Of a DNA stretch of 64,000 nt, positions 36,575 to 48,300 are shown piece by piece. Every line of letters begins with the position of its first letter. The first letter of the stretch is position 1. Where the stretch lies: assembly GCA_050953065.1 (NCBI GenBank), contig JBMNLZ010000001.1:272826-336825 (forward strand), written 5' to 3'. A model generated the notes under the pieces. That model saw only the letters and a list, made by a program, of their open reading frames with translations. It did not search any database and had not been told where the DNA came from. A program made the position numbers and the translations under genes. The DNA is from Bacilli bacterium. GTDB taxonomy: Bacteria > Bacillota_I > Bacilli_A > ML615J-28 > CAG-698.

Positions 36575-39500
36575 TTACCCAGTATATCCCCAAACTACCG
36601 GTCTATTATCAGGATTCCAATTAGCATTCCAAGTAGTTGGTCGATCTGTTGCTTCAGCATAAATTGTTAAATTTGTACAACCAGCAAAAACTCCACTAAA
36701 CATGTTGGTAACATTTGCTGGAATTATAATGCTTGCTAAACCTGTACATCCAGAAAATGCATAATCACCTATAGTTGTAATATTTGTTGAAATTGTAATG
36801 CTTGTTAGAATTGTACAATTAGCAAAAGCACTTGAAGCTATAGTTGTAACAGGATATGTTTCTATTGTAGAAGGTATTGTTACAGCACCGGAAACACCTG
36901 TATAACCAGTTATTACTACACTATAAGTAGAATCTATTAGAGAAACTCCATACTCTATTCCACTAGCAGTAACATCATTACTTACATACCCCCAAACAAT
37001 TGGTCTATTGTCTACATTCCAAAGACTCTCCCAGCCTGCTGGTTTACTTTCTGCTTTAGCATATATCGTTAAACTACTACATCCGTAAAAAGCACGATAA
37101 CCTATACTTGTAACACTTGTTGGAATTGTTATGCTTGCAAGTTTTGAACAGTTATAAAAGACATGCTGACCAATACTTGTAACACTTGTAGGGATTGTGA
37201 TACTTGTAAGATTTGCACATTCACTAAATGACGAACTGTTTATTGTTGTAACAGTTGAAGGAATTATAACGCTTGTTAGGCTATTACAAAATCTAAAGCA
37301 ATCAAAGCCTATACTTAGTAATCCTTCTGTCATTATTACGCTTGATAAACTTGAACAAGATTCAAAAGCAGAACGACCAATACTTGTGATGCTTGAAGGA
37401 ATTGTGATACTTATTAAATTAGTACAATTAGCAAAAGCCCAATTACCTATCGTTTTAACAGAATAGTTTTCTATTATACTTGGTATTTCCACTTCAGTAG
37501 AAACGCCTTCATAAGTAGTTATTATTACACTATATGTAGAATTAACTTTAGAAATTCCATATTCTAATCCACCAGCAGTAACTCCATGACTAATATATCC
37601 CCAGACAACTGCATTGTGTCCCGAATCCCAAGATTCATGCCAATTTGTTGGTTTTTCTTCTGCTACAACATAAATAGGCATACCAGGACAATCCCAAAAA
37701 ACAGAATGATCCATATGTGTTACACTATTTGGAATTATTACCCTTTCTAGTCTTGTACATCCTTTGAATGCACCATAGTCGATTGTAGTAACAGTATTTG
37801 GAATTGTAACAGTTGTTATGAAATAACAACTTTCAAATGCAGTTTCACCTATGCTTAATAATCCTTCTGGAAGTGGCATGCTTGTTAAACCACTACAACC
37901 TGCAAATGCTCTTCTACCTATACTTGTAATACTTGGCATTGTAATACTTGTTAAACCACAGTTAAAGAAAGTGTAGTCTTCTATACTTGTAACTCCAGTT
38001 GGAATTGTGACACCTGTTAAACTACAACAATTATAAAAAGCATATGAACCTATACTAGTAACTGTATCAGGAATTGTTACTCCTGTTATATTACAATTTC
38101 TAAAAGCAGAATTAGTTATGCTTTTAACATTAAATCCAGCAATTGTTTCTGGTATTAAAACTGTAGTCGCCCCACCTACATAACCATATATTGCTACACT
38201 GTAGTTAGAATTTATTAATATAATTCCATATTTTAAACCATTATTAGTAACTCCACTAGCAACATAACCAAAAACAACTGGTCTATTATCTACATTCCAA
38301 TTTATATGCCATCCTAATGTTTTAGCATTTGATCTAGCAAAAATTGTTAAACTACTACAACCTTTAAATGCATTTGCTCCTATTGTAACAACACTTGAAG
38401 GAATTGTAATGCTTGTTAAAGTGTCACAATCTTCAAAAGCAGATGCAGCTATACTAGTAATTGCTTTACCTAAATATTTTTCTGCAATATATACATCTAA
38501 AGATTCCCCAGCATAACCAGTAACCTCATATGTATCATCTTCTTTTAATGTGAAAGCTAGTCCTTCTGTTGAAGCATTTTCTTCCCATTTAGCAAATAGT
38601 GTATAACTCGCTAAAACTCCCATTGTATAACTTGCTTCATCTAAATATTCTACACTTCCACCTTGAGTTGTACTCCAACCAATAAAGCTATAACCTGGTT
38701 TAACAAATGTATTTTCAGGAAGGTAGATAGAATCATCTGTTTTTACCAACACATTACTCATTTGACCTAAGCCGCTATTAGCATTAAATGATAAAGTATT
38801 TTGATTAGCTTCCCATTTAGCAAAAAGCGTATAATTTTCTAAAACTCCCATCGTATATTTTGCTTCATCAAGATATTCTACATTACCATTTTCAGTTGTA
38901 GCCCAACCTATAAAAGTATAACCAGCTTTAGTAAATGTATTTTTTGGAAGATAGATATAATTATCTGTTTTAATTTGCACACTATTCATTTCACCTGTTC
39001 CAGTATTAGCATTAAACGATAATGTGTTTTGTTTAGCTTCCCATTTAGCAAAAAGCGTATAATTATCTAAAACACTAATTGTATAATTAGCTTCATCAAG
39101 ATATTCTACATTTCCAGTTTCAGTTGTAGCCCAACCTATAAATGTATAACCAGCTTTAGTAAATGTATTTTTTGGAAGTTTTATAGTTTGTTTTACATCT
39201 ATTGTAATACCTCCCATTTCTCCTGTTCCACCATTTGAATCAAAAGAAATTACATATCCTTGCCTTCTACTAATTACTGCTTTATATATAGCACTTTCAC
39301 TACCCTTTGTAACTTTGATATATGCAGTATTATCCCCGACTGCAAGTTCTATTGATTTTGAAACAATTTTATTTGTTGCTTCTATATCACTGTATAATTC
39401 CCAAGTTGCTAAAGGATGAACTATAATATAATTAATAAATGAGAATGTTGTAGTAAAATGTGAGACTTCAAAAGATAAATTTGTTCCATCAATTTCAAAT

Positions 39501-42223
39501 TCTTTTGCAAAAAGTATATAGTCCCAAATAACTGGCCTTGTACTAGAATTCCAATCATTATTCCAAGTATCAGGTTTGCTTGCTACTTCACAATAAATTG
39601 TTAGCCTATCACAATAAGCAAAGGCAGCAGCATTTATATTAGTAACACTTGCAGGAATAATTATCCTTTTTAAACTATCACATTGCCAAAAAGCCTGACT
39701 TCCTATACTTGTAAGAGTTGAAGGAAGTGTTATGCTTTCTAAGCTACGGCACCATGTAAAAGTAGAACTTTCAATTCTTTCTATTCCTTCTGGAATTACA
39801 ATACTTTTTAAGTAACAACTCATAAATGCAGCACTACCTATACTTGTTAATCCTTCTGGAAGTGTTATATTTGATAAAAGAGTACAATCTCCAAAAGCAT
39901 AGTCTCCTATACTTGTAACTGTATCTGGAATATTAATACTCCTTAATTTGTCGCATCCATAAAAAGCAAATTTACCAATACTAGTAATTCCTTCTGGAAG
40001 TGTTACATTTGTTAGGCTAGAACGCCCATTAAACGCAGATGAAGCTAAAATTTTAACTGGGTAGCCTTCAATTTTACTTGGTATCACCAGTTCAGCTTCT
40101 GTTCCTTGATAACCAGTTATTACCACGCTATATGTAGAATCTATTAGAGAAAGAGCGTACTCTATTCCATTAGGAGTTACATCATTACTAACATATCCAA
40201 AAACAACTGGACTACAATTTACCCCCCATTGCTTATATATATCCCATCCATCAGCCCAATCAGCAGGTTTACTTTCAGCCTTAGCATAAATTTTTAAACT
40301 TGTATAATTCTTAAAAGCTCCAACTCCAATATTTACAACTGTTTCTGGAATTATAATGCTTTTTAAATTAGTGCATCCCACAAAAGTCTCAGCACCAATA
40401 CTAGTAACATTTGCTGGTATTGTTATATTTGTTAGAGTTGTACAATCTTTAAAAGCTGAACTACCTAAATTTGTAACAGGATAATCTTCAATTGTTTCTG
40501 GAATAACTACTTCGCTTAAATCACCAGTATACCCTGTTATTACTACACTGTATTTAGAATCTATTAAAGAAACCGCATATTCTATTCCATCAAGAGTTAC
40601 ACTATGACTTACATATCCCATAACAACTGGTATACTATCAAGAATTGTTGCACTACGCCATGATTCAGGTTTTTCTTCTGCTTCAGCATAAATTACAGCA
40701 TTTGTACATCCATGAAAAGCTCCATAATACAATCTTGGAGTTCCTAAAATAAAAATACTTTTTAAATTGCTACAACCAGTAAAAACATTCATACTAATGC
40801 TTGTTACACTCTTAGGAAATGTTAAACTTGTTAAACCTATACAGCCTTTAAAAGCATCTGATCCTATAGTTGTAAGACTTTCTGGAAACGTAATATTTGT
40901 TAATTGGCTACAACTTTCAAAAACCCAGCCACCTATAGTAACAAGATTTGGAGAAAATGTTATAGATGTTAAGTTTTCACAATTCTTAAAAGCACCATTA
41001 CCTATACCTATAATACTAGATGAAAGTGTGATACTAGTTAAGATACTACAATTTTGAAAAGCCGTTATGCCAATACTTCTTATTGGTTTTCCTTCATGTT
41101 TTCTACCAATATAAACATCATTTAATGTTCCTTCATAACCAATAACTTCATATGTATCATCTTCTTTTAAAGCAAATATTAGTCCTTCTGTTGAAGGTTT
41201 AGTCCACTGTGCATATAAAGTGTAGCTTCCTTCTGTTCCCATAGTATAGTTTGCTTCATCTAAGTATTCATCAATACCTTCAGCACTTGTACTCCAACAA
41301 TCAAACGTGAACCCTTCTTTTGTAAAAGTATTGGCTGGAAGAGTTATAGTTTCATCAGTTTTCACTAAAATACTATACGCATCACCTAATCCACCATTTG
41401 GATCAAAAAATAATGTATTTTCATTTGCTTGCCAGATTGCTTTAATAACTATATTACCTCTAACATCAATAGGGAAAACAATTTCTACACCTCTAGAATC
41501 TTTCCACCCTTTAAACTCATATCCTTCTTTAATTGGTTCTTCTGCTGGAAGATTAAATTGTTCTCCTTCTTCTACATATTGAGATTCCATTACCTCTCCA
41601 CCATCTGTATCAAAAGAAATCTCATACATTGCTAATCTTGTAATCAAAACCCAATACCTTCGACTTTGATCATCCTTTGAAACTTCAATATGGAATTGAT
41701 TCATTCCAACTGCAAGATCAACTGTTTTTGAAGCAATCGCTTCATTTCCAAAATCAGAATACAAAGCCCAAGTTATAGAAGGCTTAACAGTAATCTTATC
41801 AACTAATGAAAATGTTTCAGTTGAATTTGGAACTGTAATAGACAAATCCATCTCATTGATTTCAAATCCTGCAGCACTTACAATTTTTAAATCTTCATAA
41901 GTTACATTTGATTTCCATTTTGCATAAACCGTAATATCACTATTAATAGGTTCTCCTAAAAGTGAATTTTCACTAAAACTTTTACGGAAAGTATTGTTAT
42001 CTTTATACCACCCATCAAACTGATATCCTTCTTTTTCTGGATCATCAGGCAAATTAATACTTTCATTTCCATTTGTTTTTATAGATGAAACCTCACTTCC
42101 ACCATTACTATCAAAATGAATTGTATACTTTGCATCTTGACCACATGCTACTAATAAAAAACTTATTAGTATAAATAATACAAACAAAATTCTTTTAATT
42201 TTAATCATATTTATCCCTCTCAA
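36575..42223 (-). CDS. Giant surface lipoprotein: Listeria-Bacteroides (Flg_new) repeats plus multiple BspA-type LRR blocks
   Basis: 1882 aa. Signal peptide/lipobox LLVACGQD. N-terminal GYQFDGWYKD and GYTFIGWATTE..VEYLDEANYT Flg_new-type repeats. Long LRR arrays. C-terminus NRPVVWGYTG. Confidence 0.8.
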   Translation of the reverse strand: MRGINMIKIKRILFVLFILISFLLVACGQDAKYTIHFDSNGGSEVSSIKTNGNESINLPDDPEKEGYQFDGWYKDNNTFRKSFSENSLLGEPINSDITVYAKWKSNVTYEDLKIVSAAGFEINEMDLSITVPNSTETFSLVDKITVKPSITWALYSDFGNEAIASKTVDLAVGMNQFHIEVSKDDQSRRYWVLITRLAMYEISFDTDGGEVMESQYVEEGEQFNLPAEEPIKEGYEFKGWKDSRGVEIVFPIDVRGNIVIKAIWQANENTLFFDPNGGLGDAYSILVKTDETITLPANTFTKEGFTFDCWSTSAEGIDEYLDEANYTMGTEGSYTLYAQWTKPSTEGLIFALKEDDTYEVIGYEGTLNDVYIGRKHEGKPIRSIGITAFQNCSILTSITLSSSIIGIGNGAFKNCENLTSITFSPNLVTIGGWVFESCSQLTNITFPESLTTIGSDAFKGCIGLTSLTFPKSVTSISMNVFTGCSNLKSIFILGTPRLYYGAFHGCTNAVIYAEAEEKPESWRSATILDSIPVVMGYVSHSVTLDGIEYAVSLIDSKYSVVITGYTGDLSEVVIPETIEDYPVTNLGSSAFKDCTTLTNITIPANVTSIGAETFVGCTNLKSIIIPETVVNIGVGAFKNYTSLKIYAKAESKPADWADGWDIYKQWGVNCSPVVFGYVSNDVTPNGIEYALSLIDSTYSVVITGYQGTEAELVIPSKIEGYPVKILASSAFNGRSSLTNVTLPEGITSIGKFAFYGCDKLRSINIPDTVTSIGDYAFGDCTLLSNITLPEGLTSIGSAAFMSCYLKSIVIPEGIERIESSTFTWCRSLESITLPSTLTSIGSQAFWQCDSLKRIIIPASVTNINAAAFAYCDRLTIYCEVASKPDTWNNDWNSSTRPVIWDYILFAKEFEIDGTNLSFEVSHFTTTFSFINYIIVHPLATWELYSDIEATNKIVSKSIELAVGDNTAYIKVTKGSESAIYKAVISRRQGYVISFDSNGGTGEMGGITIDVKQTIKLPKNTFTKAGYTFIGWATTETGNVEYLDEANYTISVLDNYTLFAKWEAKQNTLSFNANTGTGEMNSVQIKTDNYIYLPKNTFTKAGYTFIGWATTENGNVEYLDEAKYTMGVLENYTLFAKWEANQNTLSFNANSGLGQMSNVLVKTDDSIYLPENTFVKPGYSFIGWSTTQGGSVEYLDEASYTMGVLASYTLFAKWEENASTEGLAFTLKEDDTYEVTGYAGESLDVYIAEKYLGKAITSIAASAFEDCDTLTSITIPSSVVTIGANAFKGCSSLTIFARSNAKTLGWHINWNVDNRPVVFGYVASGVTNNGLKYGIILINSNYSVAIYGYVGGATTVLIPETIAGFNVKSITNSAFRNCNITGVTIPDTVTSIGSYAFYNCCSLTGVTIPTGVTSIEDYTFFNCGLTSITMPSITSIGRRAFAGCSGLTSMPLPEGLLSIGETAFESCYFITTVTIPNTVTTIDYGAFKGCTRLERVIIPNSVTHMDHSVFWDCPGMPIYVVAEEKPTNWHESWDSGHNAVVWGYISHGVTAGGLEYGISKVNSTYSVIITTYEGVSTEVEIPSIIENYSVKTIGNWAFANCTNLISITIPSSITSIGRSAFESCSSLSSVIMTEGLLSIGFDCFRFCNSLTSVIIPSTVTTINSSSFSECANLTSITIPTSVTSIGQHVFYNCSKLASITIPTSVTSIGYRAFYGCSSLTIYAKAESKPAGWESLWNVDNRPIVWGYVSNDVTASGIEYGVSLIDSTYSVVITGYTGVSGAVTIPSTIETYPVTTIASSAFANCTILTSITISTNITTIGDYAFSGCTGLASIIIPANVTNMFSGVFAGCTNLTIYAEATDRPTTWNANWNPDNRPVVWGYTG

Positions 42224-42261
42224 TCTATATTATTATTATACAACAAAAATAGTTAATACAC

Positions 42262-42312
42262 AACAAGAAAAAGGAAGTAGATTGTCTAACTTCCTTTAAC
42301 CTTTTTTTCTAA
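42262..42312 (-). terminator. Terminator of the 2825-aa LRR gene
   Basis: aaaggaagtagattgtctaacttccttt hairpin plus T-rich tract. Confidence 0.6.
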
Positions 42313-42357
42313 AAAATACTATTTTATTGTGTTAATATTTTTAGTAAATATATTATA

Positions 42358-45300
42358 TTATCCTGTATAACCCCAAACAACTGGTCTGTTATCTGGATTC
42401 CAACCATCAACCCAACCTTCTGGTTTGCTTTCTGCTATAGCATTAATTGTTAGGCTACTACAACCTTTAAATGCATAATAGCCAATATTTGTAACGCTTG
42501 AAGGAATTGTGATACTTGTTAAAGCAGAACAGTTTCTAAAAGCATATGCAGCTATAGTTGTAACTGTATAGCCCCCAATTGTTCCAGGGATTTCTACATC
42601 CGTTAAGCTTCCTTCAAACCCTATTATTATTACACTATAGTTAGAATCTATACAAGTAGTTACATATTTAATTCCATCAGGAGTAACACCATTATTTACA
42701 CATCCCCAAACAACTGGTCTAGAGCTTGGATTCCAACCATCAGCCCAACCTGCTGGTTTACTTTCAGCCTCAGCATAAATTGTTAGACTATTACATTTAT
42801 AAAAAGCACGATTATTTATACTTGAAACACTTGATGGAATATAGATGTTTGTTAGGCTTGTACATCCTGAAAAGGCTTCATAACCTATATATGTAATATT
42901 TGTTGGAATTATGACATTTCCTAAATTAGTACAGTTAAGAAACATAAATTCATTTAAATCTGTAATACCTGTTGGAAGTATGATACTTTCTAAACTAGAA
43001 CAATTAGCAAAAGCAAATGATCCAATACTTGTAATTCCTGTTGAAAGTGTAATGCTTGTTAAATCATAACAATGAGTAAAAGCATTTACGCCAACACTAG
43101 TAACACTATTTGGAAGTGTGATACTTGTTAAACTTTGACAATGAGCAAAAGCACATACACCAATACTTGTAATTCCCGTTGGAAGTGTGATACTTGTTAA
43201 TTCCAAGCAGTTATAAAAAGCTCCATATTTTAACTCTGTTGTATTTGTTATTATTACAGTTTTAAGTGATGTTGGAATATAATATGTACTAGATGAACTA
43301 GATGAATAATATTGTCTTGTACTACTTCCACCTGTGTATGAAGTAGTTCCAAAGATATATCCAAATAAAGCATTGCCTTCTATTGCTTCTCTACTTGCTC
43401 CAACAAATGGTAATGAAATTGATGTTAAACTACTACAGCCAGAAAAAGCATGTGATTCTATACTTGTAACACTATTTGGAACTGTGATACTTGTTAAAGC
43501 AGAACAGTTTCTAAAAGCATATGCAGCTATAGTTGTAACTGTATAACCCCCAATTGTTCCAGGGATTTCTACATCCGTTAAGCTTCCTTCAAACCCTATT
43601 ATTATTACACTATAGTTAGAATCTATACAAGTAGTTACATATTTAATTCCATCAGGAGTAACACCATTATTTACACATCCCCAAACAACTGGTCTGTTAT
43701 TTGGATTCCAATATTTTTCATATTCATCTTCAAACCATCCTTCAGGCTTGCTTTCAGCCTCAGCATATATTGTTAAAATACTACATCCCTGAAAAACATA
43801 AAAATATATACTTGTAACACTTGATGGAATATAGATGCTTGTTAGGTTTGTACATCCTGAAAAAGCTTCATAACCTATATGTGTAATATTTGTTGGAATT
43901 ATGACATTTCCTAAACTATGACAGCCAGCAAAAGTATAGTCATTTAAATTTGTAATACCTGTTGGAAGTATGATACTTGTTAAACAATAACAATCATAAA
44001 AAGCACTTGCGCCAATACTTGTAATACCTGTTGGAAGTGTGATACTTGTTAAATTAGAACAATAAGCAAAAGCATTTGTACCAATACTTGTAACACTATT
44101 TGGAAGTGTGATACTTGTAAGTTGTGTACATCTTGAAAAAGCATCATTGCCTATACTTGTAATACCTGTTTGAAGTGTGATGCTTGTTAAGCCACTACAG
44201 CAATGAAAAACATAATTGCCTATACTTGTAACGCTTGATGGAATTGAAATAGTGGAAATTTGTGTACATCCTGAAAAAGCATGATCACCTATAGATAAAA
44301 GACTTGTTGGAAGAGTAATACTTGTTAGTTGTGTTTTTCCTGAAAAGGCTGAAAAAGCTATAGTTGTAACAGGATGACCTTCAATTGTTTCTGGTATTAC
44401 AACTTCATTTTCAATTCCTTGATAACCTGTTATTATCACACTATAATTAGAATCTATTAACGTAATTGCATATTCTAATCCACTAGCAGTAACACTATTA
44501 CTTACATAGCCCCAAACAACTGGTCTACTACTTGAGTTCCAATTATCATGCCAACCTTCTGGTTTGCTTTCTGCTGCTGCATATATTGTTAAACTACTGC
44601 AACCTGAAAAAGCATGCTCACCTATATATGTAACGCCTATCGGAATTGAAATACTTGTTAAACTATTACAGTTAGAAAAAGTACATTCACCTATATTTGT
44701 CATACCTGATGGAAGTGTGATGCTTGTTAAATTCGTAAGGTCAGCAAAAACAGCATAAGTAGTTGTTGTAACAGGATAACTTTCTATTGTTTCTGGTATT
44801 ATTATTTCATTTGCAGTTCCTGTATACCTTGCAATTGTTATACCATAAGTAGAACCTATCAGTGAAACTCCATATTCATAATCTCCAAAAACACCATGAC
44901 TTACATGGCCCCAAACAACTGGTCTGTTATTTGGATTCCAATCACCATATACCCAGTCAATTGCCCAACCTTCTGGTTTACTTTCTGCTTCAGCATAAAT
45001 TATTAAATTATTACAATTTTGAAAAACGCGATTTCCTATATTTGTAACACTTATTGGAATTACTATGCTTGGAAGTTGTGTACAACCAGTAAAAGAATAT
45101 TTTTCTAAATGTGTAACAGTATTTGGAATTGTAACACTTGTTAAATTAGTACAACCCATAAAAACATTTTGTCCTATGCTTGTAACACCCGATGGAATTG
45201 TAACACTTGTTAAAGTTGTGTTTTGACAAAAAGTATTCAATTCTATTTTTTTAATAGGATATGTTTCTATTGTTTCTGGTATTATTACTTCGCTTGCAAC

Positions 45301-48300
45301 TCCTTGATAGCCTGTTATTATTACACTGTAATTAGAAGCTATACAAGAAATCGCATACTTTAATCCAGCTTCCGTAACACCACTACTTACATAACCCCAA
45401 ACAATAGGTCTAGCACCACGATTCCACCAAAAAGCGTAACCACCTTGAGCGCTTTCAGCTTCAATAAATAGTACCAAATTATTACAATGATAGAAAGCTT
45501 CACTTCCTATATTTGTAACGATTATAGGAATTGTGATGCTTGTTAAATTATTACATCTAAAGAAAGCGTAAGCAGGTATGCTTGTTGTATCTGTTAAAAT
45601 TACACTTCTTAATGATGTTGGCACATAATATGTAATCTCTGGATAATAAACTGAATAACATTGACTTGTTGGAGTTCCTCCTGTATATGGAGTAGTTCCA
45701 AATATATATCCAAATAAAGTATCTCCGTTTACTGCTGATTTACTTGCTCCAATAAATGGAATTGTTATTTCTATCAAACCACTACATCCAGAAAAAGCAT
45801 GTGATTCTATACTTGTAACACTATTTGGAACTGTGATACTTGTTAAAGATGTAGAATTATAAAAGGCACCTGAAGCTATAGTTCTAACAGGATAGGTTTC
45901 TATTATTCCTGGGATTTCTAATTCATTTGCAACTCCCTGATAGCCTGTTATTACTACACTATAACTAGATCCTATCAAAGAAACTCCATATTCTATTCCA
46001 CCATCAGTTACACCATTACTTACATAGCCCCAAACAACTGGCCTATTACTTGGATTCCAACCATCAACCCAACCTACTGGTTTATTTTCTACTTCTGCAT
46101 AAATTGTTAAAATACTACATCCTTGAAAAGCAGCATTATTAATAGTTGTAACTTCTTCTAGAATTGTGATACTTGTTAAAGATGTAGAATTATAAAAGGC
46201 ACCTGAAGCTATAGTTGTAACTGGATAGTTTTCTATTGTTTCTGGTATTACTACTTCATTTGCAACTCCCTGATAGCCTGTTATTACTACACTATAATTA
46301 GATCCTATCAAAGAAACCCCGTATTTTATTCCACCATCAGTTACACCATTACTTACATAGCCCCAAACAACTGGCCTATTACTTGGATTCCAACCATCAA
46401 CCCATCCTGCTGGTTTATTTTCTACTTCTGCATAAATTGTTAAAATACTACAGCCTTGAAAAGCAGCATTATTGATAGTTGTAACTTCTTCTAGAATTGT
46501 GATATATATTAAACCACTACAATTACGGAAAGCAGCCTCACCAATAGTTGTAAGACTTTCTGGTATTATAATATTTGTTAGATTACTACAATTATAAAAA
46601 GCACCATAGCCCAATGTTGTTGCATTTGTTATAGTTACAGTCCTTAATAATGATGGAATATAATATTTAATAGATGAACTAGCTGCATAGTATTGCGTTG
46701 TACTAGTTCCACCCGCATATCCAAAAGTACCAAAAACATATCCAAATAAAGCATTAGCTCCTGTTGCAGATTTACTTGCTCCAGCAAATGGTAATGAAAT
46801 TTCTGTTAAACCACTACAGCCAGAAAAAGCATGTGAACCAATATTTGTAACACTTGAAGGAACTGTTATGCTTGTTAGGCTACTACAATTTCTAAATGCT
46901 GAATCTCCAATAGTTATAGCACCTGTTGGTATTGTAAGATTTTCTAAAAGCACACAACCTCCAAATGCACAATTACCTATACTTTCAAGATTTGTTGGAA
47001 TTATAATACTTTCCAATTTAATACAACCAAAGAATGTATAACCTTTTATACTTGTAACACCATTTGGAAGAGTAATACTTGTTAAAGCTGAACATTCTCT
47101 AAATGCTCCTTCTCCAAGACTAGTAAGGTTTGAAGGAATCGTTATGCCTGTTAAGCTACTACAAAGATAGAAAGCAGATGCATCTATGCTTATCACACCC
47201 TCTGGAATTGTGATGTTTGTTAAATTAGTACAACCATAACAAACAAACGAACCTATACTTGTAACAGTATTTGGAATTGTTATGCTTGTTAATCTTGCGC
47301 AACCCCTAAAAGTAGCATCGCTAAGCGCTGTAATAGAACCTGAAATTGTTATACTTGTTAAATTATTACAATTATAAAAAGCACCATATCTTAAATTTTC
47401 AACATTTGTTATTACAACAGTTTTTAACAATATCGGAATATAATAATTAGCATATGAACTAGTTGTATAATATTGAGTTGTTTTAACTCCGCCAGTATAT
47501 GAAGTAGATCCAAAGATATAACCAAATAAAGAACTTGATCCTGTTGCAGAACTACTTTCTCCTACAAATGGTAATGAAATTTCTATCAAACCACTGCATC
47601 CAGAAAAAGCATGTGAACCTATATTTGTAACACTCGTTGGAACTGTTATACTTGTTAGGCTTGTACAACCCATAAAAGCAAAACTACTTATACTAGTGAT
47701 ATTTGTTGGAATTATTATACTTTCTAAACCTGTACAATTTTTAAAGACAGAATCGCCTAAATTCGTAATACCTGTTGGAAGAGTTATGCTTATTATACCT
47801 GTGCAACCCATAAATACAGAATTACCCATCTCTGTGATACTTGAAGGAATTATAATACTTGTTAAATTACTACATCCATAAAAAGCACCATAAGAAACAG
47901 TTGTTATATCTGTTATCGTTACTGTTGTTAGTGAAGTTGGAATGTAATATACACTATAAAAATCAGGTCCATAATATTGAGCTGTACTAGTTCCACCAGT
48001 ATAAGGACTCGTTCCAAAAATATAACCAAATAAGCCAGCCTCTGCTACTCCACCTCTACATTGCCCTAAAAATGGTAATGAGATTGTTGTTAAATTACTA
48101 CAACCTGAAAAAGCACCTTCTTCTATGATTGTAATACTTGAAGGAATTATGATACTTGTTCCTTTATAATTATTGAAAGATAAAGCAGTTAAGGTTGTTA
48201 AATTACTTCCATCAGCAAAAACTATTTCAGCTGTTACATCAGCAAAAGCCTCTTCACCAATGCTTGTAATACTTTTTGAAATGGAGATACTTGTTAGACT

